From the NCBI GenBank assembly GCA_963797095.1, contig CAWCNY010000006.1:1-64000 (forward strand): DNA of 64,000 nucleotides, read 5' to 3'. Below the pieces are notes generated by a model. The model was given only the letters and a program-made list of their open reading frames with translations, was not told the DNA's origin and searched no databases. Made by a program: the position numbers and the translations under genes. This document shows, piece after piece, positions 1 to 10,643 of this stretch. The DNA comes from an uncultured Chloroflexia bacterium. Its GTDB lineage: Bacteria > Chloroflexota > Chloroflexia > QHBQ01 > JADMIH01. Within the stretch, counting starts at the first letter, position 1; each line of letters starts with the position of its first letter.

Positions 1-112
1 TGTCCTCTTCAACGTATAGCGAACGGGCTCGATCCTCCATCGGCGCGCGAAGCGAAATTGCCTTATAATAGACAAGCGTTTTAACTCCCAAAGAGGTCGG
101 AGGCAATATATT

Positions 113-3010
113 ATGCCTGGTAGACTTCGACAAAGGGCTGACTATCGCTCGCTCAAGCAGTCTCCCACTTCGCACTCCTCTCACCATAATGGACAGGTGG
201 AGCGTTCCGTTACGGAGCCTGCTGCGGAGCCTATCACTTCTACCCAACAGGAGCCTACTTCCGCCAGGGCGCTGCTGGGCGATTTACGCCTATCCGGGCG
301 AGGCAACTCCCCTGTTCAACAGGCCGCTCTGCTCGATATGCAGAGCACCTACGGCAACCGTGCCGCTCAGCGCTTCCTCAGGAGCGGTTCCATCGGGTTC
401 CCCTCGTTGGCGGGTCCAACTGTAGCAGGTCCGGCATCCTCTCCCCGATCCAATGTTCAGCGGCAATGGCCCGACGCCACTACAGGTGGCGCAACTTCCG
501 GTCGCGCCTCGGTGCCCTCAGGCGGGAATTGGAACGCGGACGACAAAGTGAAAATAGGCTCGATCAGGCGCATTCCCGTCTCCGGCCTTTCGCAAGGCAA
601 TCAAGTAGATGACAAAGAGGAGGGCAAGGAGTGGGCCGGCGATGGGAAAGTCAAGGTCAAGACGATCACAGGCGAATCGGCTGTGGGGCGCGCTATAGTG
701 CTTGTGCCCGATCCTCTCGGCGTGAAAGAGGGGGGAAGCGTGGATGTGTTTCTCTACCTGCACGGTTACGGCATTGGCTATCGCCAGCGTACCGAGGCCA
801 GGATGGAGGAGGTTCCAGGTACCAAGAAGGGAGAAAAGAAGAAATATAGAGAAGTTAAAGGTATGGAAAAGGGCACCGTGCGCGACATTGATGTTGATCG
901 CATGGAAGAGCAATTGGACGCGGTCAACAAGGCCAACGTCAAAGCAGGTGGCCACCCGATGGTAGCCGTTATGCCTCAGGGCAGATACTCGGCCCAGCTA
1001 GGGGCGCAGTTCGGCAAAGACTTCAACAGCGAAGCTTATCTCGATGATATATTTCCCAGGGTGTCTGCGTTGAAGGGGGTAACAAGAGGGCGTGTAGTGC
1101 TGGCCGGGCACAGTGGCGCGGGTGGCACAATCGCTCCAATACTGGCTAACGCGGTCAACAGCAAGGGCGAGCTAAAGAGCGAAGCCGAGATGAAGAAGGC
1201 AGGCATACCTACCAACCTTGCCGAGGTGGTCCTGTTCGATGCGATCAATACGGTCGAAACTGACAAAGGGCCGGGCCAGCTTGAGCGTGTAGAAAAATGG
1301 GTCGTGGCCCAGATCAGGAAAGACCTGCATGAAATGGCCGGTATGGACGATGCCTCTCAGGGGACCTATCTTCAAGACCGGATGATGAGATTCCGTGGCT
1401 ATTACACTAATAGCTATTCCACCAGGTACGAGAAACTGAAGAAAGACCTCCAGGCAGCCCTCACGAGAGAGCTTAAGCGAGCACGACGCGACAGCAAAAA
1501 TCCACTTGCCTTGAGCGCCGACCACGAAAAAGCTCTCTTTGACAATTACGTGGAGAGCATCCAGCCCGTCGCGACCGGTCACGAGCGTCTCATGGGCACA
1601 GGCAAAGTGCAGGAAGCCCTCGGCGCGCTCCCTAAAGTACAGCCTTATCGCGCACCATATCGCGCACCGTTACCTGTGCAACGTGACACCCCAGCCACGG
1701 CTGATCCTGACAAAGCACAGTGGGAGGCAGATTGGAATGACCCGGCGTTCGCCGCCACCCGCCGCTTCTTCAATGAGACGAGTAGACCATCAGGCACCCC
1801 AAAAGAGCGTTACAACATACTATGCCCGCTCTACAAAGCTCATGGCGTTCCACGTCCCTTGAGCTATCTCAAAGATGACATCGACACAAGCACTACCTTT
1901 TTCGGCAGCAACACGCAAGCCCATAAAGACATGCAGGCCATGCTGACTAAGGCTGAGACTACTATTAAAGCGCTAAAGGATGACAAGGGGAATCCCAAAT
2001 ACGCAGGATCTCCGTTCAAACAGAGACCCTGGGCGCTCAATGTTCGCACTACGAGCGAGGGAGGTTGGAGCAATCATGCTACAGGTAAAGCAATAGACCT
2101 CGACCCTGATACCAACCCGCATCTCATTAATCGCTCACACCGGGCCATAATTAACGAGCTTACGGGCTTCGATATTGAAAAGGAGAACCCCGCCGAGGGT
2201 CTCCACCTGGGAGTGTTCAGCCCCGACACATACGATGCGGTCAAAATGACAAGCGAGCTTTTCCAGGCCAACTACAACGAAGCCGGGATGAACAAACGCC
2301 TCGATGACATGAACGATGAGAAGGCCCAACTCACCACGCAGCGAGATGAGCTAACAAAGCAAAGGGAAGAACTCGACAAGAGCAAGAAGCAGGTTGTAGC
2401 GGACCGCGATGCTGTGCTGAAGAACAAGGCCTCCACTGCCGACCAACGTAAGGAGGCGAGAGAGCGCGCCAGGACCGCCCGTGCTGATATAGATAAGCGA
2501 CTTACCGAGCTAAAAGCGCAGATCAAGGAGAAGGACGCAGAGATCAAGCACCTGCAAGATCGCATCAAGGTGCTAGAGGCAGAATTGAAGAAGTTCAAGC
2601 GGGAGCAGAAGACATTTGATGCCGCCGTAGCATCAGCGATCACCGCCCAGGCTGAGGTAGCAGCCTCCACCGAGGAGGTAGGAAAACTGTCGGCTGAAAA
2701 AGAAGCTGCAAGCGATCAAGTGGAACAAGCAAAGACAGATAAGAAGGATAAGAAGGAACTCGCTAAGCTGAGAAAGGATCTCGCGAGCAAGACTGCTGCG
2801 CTTTCCAAAGCCACGAGCACGTTGAAGAAGAATGAGAGGGCCCTGAAAAAGAAGATCGACACCCGCGATAGCTACACTCTCCGCAAATACGCTCGTGAAG
2901 GCTTCCTCAATCTGCCCAAAGATGTCGTAGAAGCCATGCAAGGAGCCGGCTTCAAGTGGGGTGGAGAGTGGAGCACCCATAAAGATCTCATGCACTTCGA
3001 TATGCCCTGA
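113..3010 (+). CDS. Multidomain protein: eCIS/DUF4157-type leader motifs, alpha/beta-hydrolase-like domain, and M15-family (D-Ala-D-Ala/L-Ala-D-Glu) peptidase split by a long coiled coil
   Basis: 965-aa ORF with GGAGG upstream. Motifs: 'MQSTYGNRAAQRFL', 'VQRQ', 'PVQRD'; 'LYLHG' and 'LAGHSGAG' nucleophile elbow; M15 motifs 'SNHATGKAIDLD' and 'GFKWGGEW...DLMHFD' separated by a K/E/A-rich heptad region. Confidence 0.7.
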   Translation: MPGRLRQRADYRSLKQSPTSHSSHHNGQVERSVTEPAAEPITSTQQEPTSARALLGDLRLSGRGNSPVQQAALLDMQSTYGNRAAQRFLRSGSIGFPSLAGPTVAGPASSPRSNVQRQWPDATTGGATSGRASVPSGGNWNADDKVKIGSIRRIPVSGLSQGNQVDDKEEGKEWAGDGKVKVKTITGESAVGRAIVLVPDPLGVKEGGSVDVFLYLHGYGIGYRQRTEARMEEVPGTKKGEKKKYREVKGMEKGTVRDIDVDRMEEQLDAVNKANVKAGGHPMVAVMPQGRYSAQLGAQFGKDFNSEAYLDDIFPRVSALKGVTRGRVVLAGHSGAGGTIAPILANAVNSKGELKSEAEMKKAGIPTNLAEVVLFDAINTVETDKGPGQLERVEKWVVAQIRKDLHEMAGMDDASQGTYLQDRMMRFRGYYTNSYSTRYEKLKKDLQAALTRELKRARRDSKNPLALSADHEKALFDNYVESIQPVATGHERLMGTGKVQEALGALPKVQPYRAPYRAPLPVQRDTPATADPDKAQWEADWNDPAFAATRRFFNETSRPSGTPKERYNILCPLYKAHGVPRPLSYLKDDIDTSTTFFGSNTQAHKDMQAMLTKAETTIKALKDDKGNPKYAGSPFKQRPWALNVRTTSEGGWSNHATGKAIDLDPDTNPHLINRSHRAIINELTGFDIEKENPAEGLHLGVFSPDTYDAVKMTSELFQANYNEAGMNKRLDDMNDEKAQLTTQRDELTKQREELDKSKKQVVADRDAVLKNKASTADQRKEARERARTARADIDKRLTELKAQIKEKDAEIKHLQDRIKVLEAELKKFKREQKTFDAAVASAITAQAEVAASTEEVGKLSAEKEAASDQVEQAKTDKKDKKELAKLRKDLASKTAALSKATSTLKKNERALKKKIDTRDSYTLRKYAREGFLNLPKDVVEAMQGAGFKWGGEWSTHKDLMHFDMP

Positions 3011-3242
3011 TCGGATACTCCCCAGGACAGGATCATAGCGTTCGACCTAGCTTTCGGCTGCCCAAAAATCCAGGATTCGAAGCGATGTGAAGTGATATGA
3101 CACCTGATGTCCGCTGACGTATCGTGCCTCAGCCAATATACTCTTGAAAACGGTCACAACAGAGCGATCAAAAGGAGGAGGCACTTTACAGAAACGTATT
3201 GTTTGCGGCCGAGTATCGAATGAAAGAAGGAGAAGCAAGAGA

Positions 3243-4112
3243 ATGATCACACAGGGAACCAACCAACCACGGCCTGCCTTCCTGTTAGGAACCGGTATAC
3301 TCCTCGGCATGCTGATAATGCTTGCCTGGGGCCCGGGGGGCTTGAGCACCCTGGCCCAGGGGCAGGGCGCAACTATGCAAGTAACCGCACAGGCAGACTG
3401 CCAGACCTTCCCCCAGACCGGGCACAACGTTTGCGGCAGGTTTCTACAATACTGGAATGAGCACGGAGGGCTGGCCCAGCAAGGTTATCCGATAAGCGAG
3501 GCGTTCACCGAGACCAGCGCCCTCAACGGCAGGCCTTATACAGTGCAATACTTCGAGCGTGCCGTCTTCGAAATGCACCCCGAAAACCAACCCCCCTACG
3601 ACGTGCTTCTATCTCAACTTGGCACATATCTCGGTAATGAGAAATACACCAAGGGCTTCCCTGCCAACTCTGGAGAAGTGCCCTTCTATGAAGACCGCAC
3701 CGAGCCGGTATCCGCTTTGCTGTCCTTCTACAACGCCATCAACCGCAAAGAGTACGAACGCGCCTACAGCTACTTCCGGGGCGCTCCCAACCCCAATCCC
3801 TCTCTTGCAGCGCCCTTCGATCAGTGGGTGCAAGGCTACGCCGATACAACCTCGGTGACGGTCGCTGCAGGCACACCTGTCGAAGATGCAGGTGCGGGCA
3901 ATATCTACGCTACCTTCCCGGTGGTTCTCACGGCAGCCCACACCGACGGTAGCACCGAGTTCTTCTCCGGGTGCTATGTCATGCACCGCGTCAACGCGGG
4001 CATCTCGGAGAATCCGAACGACGAGTTGTGGAGCATAGACTCGGCACAGCTTGCGGTCGCTCCGGCTAATCCCGATGTTGACCAGTTGCTTTCGCAGACG
4101 TGCAGCCGGTAA
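3243..4112 (+). CDS. Secreted/surface protein with N-terminal Chloroflexi LGFP-like module
   Basis: Signal-like hydrophobic N-terminus, then 'CQTFPQTGHNVCGRFLQYWNEHGGLAQQGYPIS...VQYFERAVFEMHPEN'. Start placed at ATG 3243 after AAGGAG. Confidence 0.75.
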   Translation: MITQGTNQPRPAFLLGTGILLGMLIMLAWGPGGLSTLAQGQGATMQVTAQADCQTFPQTGHNVCGRFLQYWNEHGGLAQQGYPISEAFTETSALNGRPYTVQYFERAVFEMHPENQPPYDVLLSQLGTYLGNEKYTKGFPANSGEVPFYEDRTEPVSALLSFYNAINRKEYERAYSYFRGAPNPNPSLAAPFDQWVQGYADTTSVTVAAGTPVEDAGAGNIYATFPVVLTAAHTDGSTEFFSGCYVMHRVNAGISENPNDELWSIDSAQLAVAPANPDVDQLLSQTCSR

Positions 4113-4153
4113 TTCTCAACATAAATACACATAAAGATAAAGGAGACAAAACG

Positions 4154-4669
4154 ATGGGTACTAGTGATCTAAAAGCTCGAAGGGAGATCTCGCTTCGCAC
4201 ACCAACAGAGCTGCTGCCTGACGCCGTAAAAGACATCTCTGCCGCCCTTACAACCTTGCTTGCGGATATGTTCGCGCTCTATATAAAGACCAAGAACTTC
4301 CACTGGCATATGTCGGGGCCGCACTTCCGCGACTACCATCTGCTGCTGGATGAGCAGGCCGACCAGATCTTCGCAACCACCGATGCTATCGCCGAGCGGG
4401 CGAGAAAGATCGGCGGCACAACCCTGCGCTCGACCGGCCAGATCGCCCGTTTGCAGCGTATCCTCGACAACGACGCGGACTATGTCACGCCCCAGGATAT
4501 GCTGGCCGAACTTCAGGGCGATAACAAGGATATGACAGTGCGCCTGCGCGAAACACACGCTCTGTGCGAGGATTATGGCGACGTAGCCACCACCAGCATG
4601 ATCGAGGTCTGGATCGACGAAGCCGAAAGGCGCATCTGGTTCCTCTTCGAGGCCAACCGCCAGGGCTAG
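4154..4669 (+). CDS. dps: DNA starvation/stationary-phase protection protein (Dps, ferritin-like)
   Basis: 'LYIKTKNFHWHMSGPHFRDYHLLLDEQ...DAIAERAR' Dps signature; AAGGAG upstream of ATG 4154. Confidence 0.95.
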   Translation: MGTSDLKARREISLRTPTELLPDAVKDISAALTTLLADMFALYIKTKNFHWHMSGPHFRDYHLLLDEQADQIFATTDAIAERARKIGGTTLRSTGQIARLQRILDNDADYVTPQDMLAELQGDNKDMTVRLRETHALCEDYGDVATTSMIEVWIDEAERRIWFLFEANRQG

Positions 4670-4676
4670 CCCAGGA

Positions 4677-4706
4677 TTGACCGGCTCACGCTGTGTGGCG
4701 TAGAAT
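4677..4706 (+). promoter_or_regulatory. Sigma70-type promoter, probably leaderless transcript
   Basis: TTGACC(4677)-18 bp-TAGAAT(4701), 6 nt before ATG 4713; no SD. Confidence 0.6.
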
Positions 4707-4712
4707 CTAAAT

Positions 4713-5876
4713 ATGACCCAACCTACTTTTGGTTTGCCCTGGCCTGGTGCTTCGGCCCGGTTCCTCCTGCGCCCCGGAGTGACTTTCCTGAATCATGGCA
4801 GCTTCGGGGCCACTCCTCGTCCGGTGTTCGATACCTACCAGGCATGGCAGCGTGAGCTTGAGGCTGAGCCAGTCGATTTCCTGGCGAGACGCTGCGAAGG
4901 GCTTATCGCTGAGGCCCGCGCCAGGCTTGGAGCTTTCGTCGGTGCCGAAGCCGGTAGCCTGGTGTTCGTGCCCAATGCCACCTATGGTATGAACATAGTG
5001 GCGCGCTCCCTCGATCTGAGGCCGGGCGACGAAGTGCTCACAACTGATCACGAGTACGGGGCTGCGGAGCGCACCTGGCGATTCAACTGCGCCCTGCGAG
5101 AGGCACGGTACGTGCGACAGGCCATCTCCCTACCTCTTCCCACCGATGAGCAAATAGTGGAGGAGCTATGGAGCGGCGTCACCGGTCGCACCAAAGTGAT
5201 CTTTGTCAGCCATATTACCTCGCCGACAGCGGCGGTCTTCCCCGTGGCCGCGATATGCAGGCGAGCGCGCCAGGCGGGCATCATCACAGTCGTAGATGGT
5301 GCCCATGCCCCCGGCCAGATCGATCTGTCGCTTGAGGAGTTGGATGCCGACTTCTACACCGGCAATTGCCATAAGTGGCTCTGCGCGCCGAAGGGTTCGG
5401 CCTTCTTGTATGCACACCCCGACCGGCAGGCCCTCCTTCAGCCACTTATCGTTAGCTGGGGGTGGGAGAGCGAGCGCCCAGGCCCGTCCCGCTTCCTCGA
5501 CTACTTCACGTGGGTGGGCACAGGAGACCCTGCGGCCTACCTCAGCGTGGGCGCGGCCATCGACTTCCAGGCTGAATACCAATGGCCGCAAGTGCGCGAA
5601 GCCTGCCACCAGATGGCGCTGTGGGCGCGGAACAGACTAACGTCCCTGGTGGGTACGTCCCCTATCTGCGGCCCTGACCACTTCGTGCAGATGTTCTCCG
5701 TAGACCTGCCGCCTGGAAGCATCGACAGGCTGGGAACCCGGCTCTGGGACGATTACCGGATAGAAACGCCTCTGCTACATTGGAACGATCACGAATTCCT
5801 GCGGGTGTCAATTCAAGCGTACAACAGCATGGACGACCTGCTGCGACTCGAATCCGCGCTAAAGGCTTTGGTGTAA
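4713..5876 (+). CDS. Class V PLP-dependent aminotransferase (isopenicillin-N epimerase/EgtE-like C-S lyase)
   Basis: 'FLNHGSFGATP', 'VDGAHAPG', 'GNCHKWLCAPKG' (PLP lysine). Confidence 0.9.
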   Translation: MTQPTFGLPWPGASARFLLRPGVTFLNHGSFGATPRPVFDTYQAWQRELEAEPVDFLARRCEGLIAEARARLGAFVGAEAGSLVFVPNATYGMNIVARSLDLRPGDEVLTTDHEYGAAERTWRFNCALREARYVRQAISLPLPTDEQIVEELWSGVTGRTKVIFVSHITSPTAAVFPVAAICRRARQAGIITVVDGAHAPGQIDLSLEELDADFYTGNCHKWLCAPKGSAFLYAHPDRQALLQPLIVSWGWESERPGPSRFLDYFTWVGTGDPAAYLSVGAAIDFQAEYQWPQVREACHQMALWARNRLTSLVGTSPICGPDHFVQMFSVDLPPGSIDRLGTRLWDDYRIETPLLHWNDHEFLRVSIQAYNSMDDLLRLESALKALV

Positions 5877-5946
5877 TCTGCGCGCCAACCCGTTCCTCCA
5901 AACATCGCGAGATTAATGCCCAATTTTGCAAAGCAATTCGCTGAAC

Positions 5947-6050
5947 TGTAAGCGCTTACACTTGACAGCGGACTATTTTTGGTGCTATCATGCTCCGCAA
6001 GCGCTTACAAGCACCTAACCGTGTTTGGCGCCCCTCCGTAAGCGTTTACA
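5947..6050 (+). promoter_or_regulatory. Promoter with three LacI-family operators
   Basis: Perfect palindrome TGTAAGCGCTTACA (5947-5960), variants at 5996-6009 and 6037-6050; TTGACA 5962-5967 and TGnTATCAT 5983-5991. Confidence 0.85.
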
Positions 6051-6064
6051 AGATTGGAACGGTG

Positions 6065-7099
6065 ATGATCCAGCGAGAGAGCGAAGGCGTTACAATCTTT
6101 GATGTGGCACGTGAGGCAGGCGTATCATACGCCACGGTTTCCCGTGTCCTGAACAACAAAGACCATGTGAAGCCCGAAAAGCGGCAGGCCGTCCTCGATG
6201 CTGTGGCTCGCCTCGGTTATGTCGCCAATTCCCAGGCTCGCAGCCTGGCCGGTGGCGCATCGCGCGTTATCGGCCTCCTTGTGCAGGATGTTGGCACAAG
6301 CTACACAGGCGAGATCGTGCGCGGCATCGACGATGAATTGAGCGCCGCGGGCTACGACCTCATGCTCTATACAACTCACCGCCGCAAGGCCAAAGAATCG
6401 GCCTATGTCGAGGCAGTTGCTCGCGGTCTCGCCGACGGTCTTCTGCTCATTCTCCCACGCAATCCCGGTGCATACCTCGAGTCGCTGCGCCTCCAGAACT
6501 TTCCCTACGTTCTGATCGACCACCAGGGCATAGGCGACTACGCGCGCTCGGTTGGTGCTACCAACTGGCAGGGCGCATACGACGCCACCCGTTACCTCCT
6601 TGAACTGGGTCACAGGCGTATCGGCTTCATAACCGGGGCTATGGACCTCGGTTGCTCGGTTGATCGTCTTGGTGGCTACTCCGCCGCCCTGTCCGATTTC
6701 GGCGTTTCCCACGATCCTGCGCTCATTAGCACGGGCGATTTCTTCCGCCCTCAAGGCTTCTCAGGAGCAAACGCTCTACTCGACCTTCCGCAGCCGCCGA
6801 CCGCCATTTTCGCCTCCAACGACGAAATGGCTTTCGGTGCTATGGAAGCCGCACGCGTGCGTGGCCTCCGAATCCCCGATGATATCTCGGTGGTAGGGTT
6901 CGACGATATATACCAGGCCTCCCTCGTCCACCCTGCCCTCACCACCGTTCGCCAGCCTATGGAGCAAATGGGCCGCAATGCCACACGTATGCTCCTCGAC
7001 TTGATTGCAGATCCGGAGAAGCAGATGGGGCGCGTGACTCTACCCACTACTCTTGTAGTGCGCGAGTCATGCAGTGCACCGATCTTCAGTTCAACCTGA
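6065..7099 (+). CDS. LacI-family transcriptional regulator
   Basis: 'VTIFDVAREAGVSYATVSRVLN' HTH; sugar-binding domain with 'PALTTVRQP'. Confidence 0.95.
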   Translation: MIQRESEGVTIFDVAREAGVSYATVSRVLNNKDHVKPEKRQAVLDAVARLGYVANSQARSLAGGASRVIGLLVQDVGTSYTGEIVRGIDDELSAAGYDLMLYTTHRRKAKESAYVEAVARGLADGLLLILPRNPGAYLESLRLQNFPYVLIDHQGIGDYARSVGATNWQGAYDATRYLLELGHRRIGFITGAMDLGCSVDRLGGYSAALSDFGVSHDPALISTGDFFRPQGFSGANALLDLPQPPTAIFASNDEMAFGAMEAARVRGLRIPDDISVVGFDDIYQASLVHPALTTVRQPMEQMGRNATRMLLDLIADPEKQMGRVTLPTTLVVRESCSAPIFSST

Positions 7100-7211
7100 C
7101 CTCGTCTGCTCCAATTTAATCTCGCTGATCGTGCCGGCGGGCCCCCGGCTAGTCAGACGTCGCCCTCGTGACGGCGGTTTGGAATCAAAGTTGATTAGAT
7201 AAAGGAGGAAA

Positions 7212-8696
7212 ATGGTGAAGTCCAACAAATTTGTGATACTTCTCCTGGTAATGCTCGTGATGGGCTTACTAGCGGGCTGCGGTGCAGAGCCCACCGTAAC
7301 TCCCGTCCCCCAGCCAACGGCTACTACCGCGCCCGTAGTAGAGCCAACGGCTACTACCGCCATGGCTGAGCCAACCGCCACCGAAGCTATGGTCGAGCCA
7401 ACCGCCACCGAAGCTATGGTCGAGCCAACCGCTACCACCGAGGCGATGGCTATGCCTTCAGAAACGCCTACATTCGTGCCGGCGGCCATGAACCCCAACG
7501 CCAAGGTTACGATTCAATGGTGGCATATAACCACCGCCAAGAACGGCAGGGACTATTTCCAGACGGTAGCCAACAACTACATGAAGGACCACCCCGACGT
7601 CAACATCGAAATCACGGTGCTTGAAAATGAGGCCTTCAAGAGCAAGCTGGCGACCGCCATGCAATCGGGCCAGCCACCCGACATATTCCAGAGTTGGGGC
7701 GGTGGCGCGCTGGCCCAGTACGCCGACGCGGGCCTCGTCAAGGACATAACCTCCGACTTGCAGACGGATGGCTGGGGCGATTCGTTCCAGTCCGGCCCTC
7801 TCTCCCTCTACAAAGTTGGTGACAAGAACTTCGGTGTGCCCTGGGAAGCCGGTATGGTCGGCTTCTGGTACAACAAGGCGCTCTTCACGAAGGCGGGCAT
7901 CGATTCTCCGCCCGCCACATGGTCAGCCTTCCTGGACGACGTAAAGAAGCTCAAGGACGCCAATGTCACCCCTATCGCCCTGGGTGAAGGTGATAAGTGG
8001 CCCGGCGCTTTCTATTGGGAGTATCTGGCGATCCGCATTGGCGGCAAAGACGCCTTCGATAAGGCATACAGCCGCACCGGCTCGTTCGCCGATCCCGCCT
8101 TCATTCAGGCAGGACAGGACCTCAAAGGCCTCGTCGACCTCCAGCCCTTCCAGACCGGCTTTCTCGGTGCAGATTACCCATCGCACCAGGCGCTTATGGC
8201 GAATGGTCAGGCCGCGATGGAGCTAATGGGCCAGTGGGCACCGGGCGCTGACCGCGCGGTCTCCACCGATGTCGATACCTATAACAAGAACCTCGGCTTC
8301 TTCGGCTTCCCCGGCGTTGACGGCGGGCAGGGCGATCCCTCCGACGTGCTCGGCGGCGCTGACGGCTTTGCGTTCGGGGTGAACGCCCCACCGGAAGCGG
8401 TAGATTTCGCCCGCTACTTCACCAACCTGGAAAACCAGAAGGGTATGGCCGCAGCTAACGTCGCCGTCCTGCCTGTAGTGAAGGGTGCCGAGACCGAAGT
8501 CACAGATCCGATGTTGCAGCAGGTGCTGGAGACTGTCGGCAATGCCAAATACTACCAGCTATACTACGACCAGTATATGCCTCCGGCAGTCGGTGGTACG
8601 GTGAACGACGCGACGCAGGCCTTATTCGCAGGTCAAATGACCCCTGATCAAACAGCGCAGGCTATAGACGCTTCAGCTGCCTCAGAATTGAAGTAA
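7212..8696 (+). CDS. Sugar ABC transporter substrate-binding lipoprotein
   Basis: Lipobox LAGC; 27-bp tandem 'EPTATEAMV' linker repeats; 'PPDIFQSWGG', 'MELMGQW'. Confidence 0.93.
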   Translation: MVKSNKFVILLLVMLVMGLLAGCGAEPTVTPVPQPTATTAPVVEPTATTAMAEPTATEAMVEPTATEAMVEPTATTEAMAMPSETPTFVPAAMNPNAKVTIQWWHITTAKNGRDYFQTVANNYMKDHPDVNIEITVLENEAFKSKLATAMQSGQPPDIFQSWGGGALAQYADAGLVKDITSDLQTDGWGDSFQSGPLSLYKVGDKNFGVPWEAGMVGFWYNKALFTKAGIDSPPATWSAFLDDVKKLKDANVTPIALGEGDKWPGAFYWEYLAIRIGGKDAFDKAYSRTGSFADPAFIQAGQDLKGLVDLQPFQTGFLGADYPSHQALMANGQAAMELMGQWAPGADRAVSTDVDTYNKNLGFFGFPGVDGGQGDPSDVLGGADGFAFGVNAPPEAVDFARYFTNLENQKGMAAANVAVLPVVKGAETEVTDPMLQQVLETVGNAKYYQLYYDQYMPPAVGGTVNDATQALFAGQMTPDQTAQAIDASAASELK

Positions 8697-8788
8697 GGAC
8701 CGCTAACCGGTGGCGGGTAATCGGTAGTCGGTAGTCGGATCAGGAACAAGCGTCCTCCGAATACTGACTACCGGCTACCAGCACAAAC

Positions 8789-9739
8789 ATGCAATTGCTA
8801 TCACGAACAAGATCATCAGAAGAGGCCGAAGCCACCGGTGTGTTAGCGCCGGCGCGCCCACGCAACGTCGGCAAGATACTCACTATCGTGGCCTTCTTGC
8901 TTCCTTCGACTCTGCTCTACTTCATCCTGGTGATCTTGCCTATCTTCCAGGCGTCCTACTACAGCCTCTTCAAGTGGAATGGGTTGGTGCCGCTGGATAA
9001 CTTCATAGGGCTGGATAACTATGCTCAAGCCCTACAGGATGGCGTTTTCATACATGCCGTGAGCAACAACATCTTGATCGCGGTGCTATCGGCGGCCCTG
9101 CAACTTCCCGTGGCCCTGGCCCTGGCCCTTCTGATCCGGCGTAACATGAAAGGGCGCACGATCTTCCGGTTGATCTTCTTCCTTCCCTATGTGTTGTCCG
9201 AAGTGGTGACAGGCGTGCTCTGGAAGTTCATCTACCAACCGCAGACAGGGTTGCTGAATCATCTACTGGCGGCCATCATCCCCAACTTCACGCCTCTGGG
9301 CTGGCTTGGCGATATCAACACCGTCATGATCTGGGTTTTCGTGGTGATTACCTGGAAATACTTCGGCCTCTACCTTGTGCTCTTCACGGCTGGGCTGCAA
9401 AATATCCCCGGCGAGTTGGAGGAGGCAGCCATCATTGACGGTGCGAGCAATGGACAGGTGATTCGCCATGTGACGGTGCCGCTGCTGGGGCCTACTATCA
9501 GGTTGGCCCTCTTCCTATCGATCATCGGATCGCTGCAAATATTCGACCTGGTGTGGGTCATGACTAAAGGCGACCCCGTGAATGCCAGCGAGACGATGGC
9601 AACCTATATGTACAAGTTCGGATTCCAGCGCTTCGCTCTCGGCTACGGTAGCGCCGTGGCTGTGATCCTCTTCCTGCTATCTTTCGGCTTCTCGATCCTG
9701 TACCAGCGCTATGTAATGAGGCGCGACTATGCTTCCTAA
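8789..9739 (+). CDS. Carbohydrate ABC transporter permease
   Basis: Multiple TM helices; EAA motif 'ELEEAAIIDGAS'. Confidence 0.95.
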   Translation: MQLLSRTRSSEEAEATGVLAPARPRNVGKILTIVAFLLPSTLLYFILVILPIFQASYYSLFKWNGLVPLDNFIGLDNYAQALQDGVFIHAVSNNILIAVLSAALQLPVALALALLIRRNMKGRTIFRLIFFLPYVLSEVVTGVLWKFIYQPQTGLLNHLLAAIIPNFTPLGWLGDINTVMIWVFVVITWKYFGLYLVLFTAGLQNIPGELEEAAIIDGASNGQVIRHVTVPLLGPTIRLALFLSIIGSLQIFDLVWVMTKGDPVNASETMATYMYKFGFQRFALGYGSAVAVILFLLSFGFSILYQRYVMRRDYAS

Positions 9740-9757
9740 CATGGAATTGAGGCCATA

Positions 9758-10627
9758 ATGTCCACCACCCTCAAAGTCCAGGCCCCCGCTAACCGTCCCC
9801 CCCTTGGCGAAATATCACTTCAAGTACTCAGGTACGGGGTGAGCGTCCTCGTAGCCTTGATCGTGCTGGTGCCCATCCTGACCGCCGTAATAGGAGGGTT
9901 CAAGACCAACGCCAACCTGCTGTCCGACCCGTTTGGCCTGCCCACTACCGTGATCCCCGACAACTACACCGGTGTGCTTACCAGTTCGTCCTTCTGGGTG
10001 CAGCTACGAAACAGCACCTTTATCGTGATCTTCACTGCGCTAGGCGTGATCGTGCTGGCGAGCATGCCAGCTTTCGTTTTCTCACGCATGAAATTCCCAG
10101 GGCGCGACGTCATCTTCTCTTTCTTCACTCTGGGCCTCCTCTTCCCACTCACTGTGGCGATCCTGCCCTTGTACATCACGCTACGCCAGATCCACCTGAT
10201 CGACAACTTGTGGGGCATCATCCTGCCACAGATAGCGTTCGCCTTGCCCGTCAATATGGTGATCCTGCGAGGGTTCTTCGCTGCCGTTCCAACCGATCTA
10301 CAGGAAGCCGCCTCAATTGACGGCTGTAGCGCCTTCGGGTTCTTCTGGCGTATCTTGCTACCACTGGTGCGCCCTGCCCTGGCAGCAGTAGTGGTGCTGA
10401 CCATTGTGGCGAGTTGGAACAACTTCTTCCTGCCACTGCTGGTGCTCAACAAAGAGGATTTGTGGACGCTGCCCCTTGGTATAATGCAGTTTCAGGGTCA
10501 GTATGGTACAGACTGGGCGCGAGTGCTCGCATTCGTGTCGCTGGCTCTTGTGCCTACCCTCATCTTTTATCTGATAGCTGAACGTCATATCGTGTCCGGC
10601 CTGCTGGCGGGTGCGGTAAAGGGATAG
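9758..10627 (+). CDS. Carbohydrate ABC transporter permease
   Basis: EAA motif 'LQEAASIDGCS'; C-terminal 'GLLAGAVKG'. Confidence 0.95.
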   Translation: MSTTLKVQAPANRPPLGEISLQVLRYGVSVLVALIVLVPILTAVIGGFKTNANLLSDPFGLPTTVIPDNYTGVLTSSSFWVQLRNSTFIVIFTALGVIVLASMPAFVFSRMKFPGRDVIFSFFTLGLLFPLTVAILPLYITLRQIHLIDNLWGIILPQIAFALPVNMVILRGFFAAVPTDLQEAASIDGCSAFGFFWRILLPLVRPALAAVVVLTIVASWNNFFLPLLVLNKEDLWTLPLGIMQFQGQYGTDWARVLAFVSLALVPTLIFYLIAERHIVSGLLAGAVKG

Positions 10628-10643
10628 TCAGAGGAGTGTTTTT

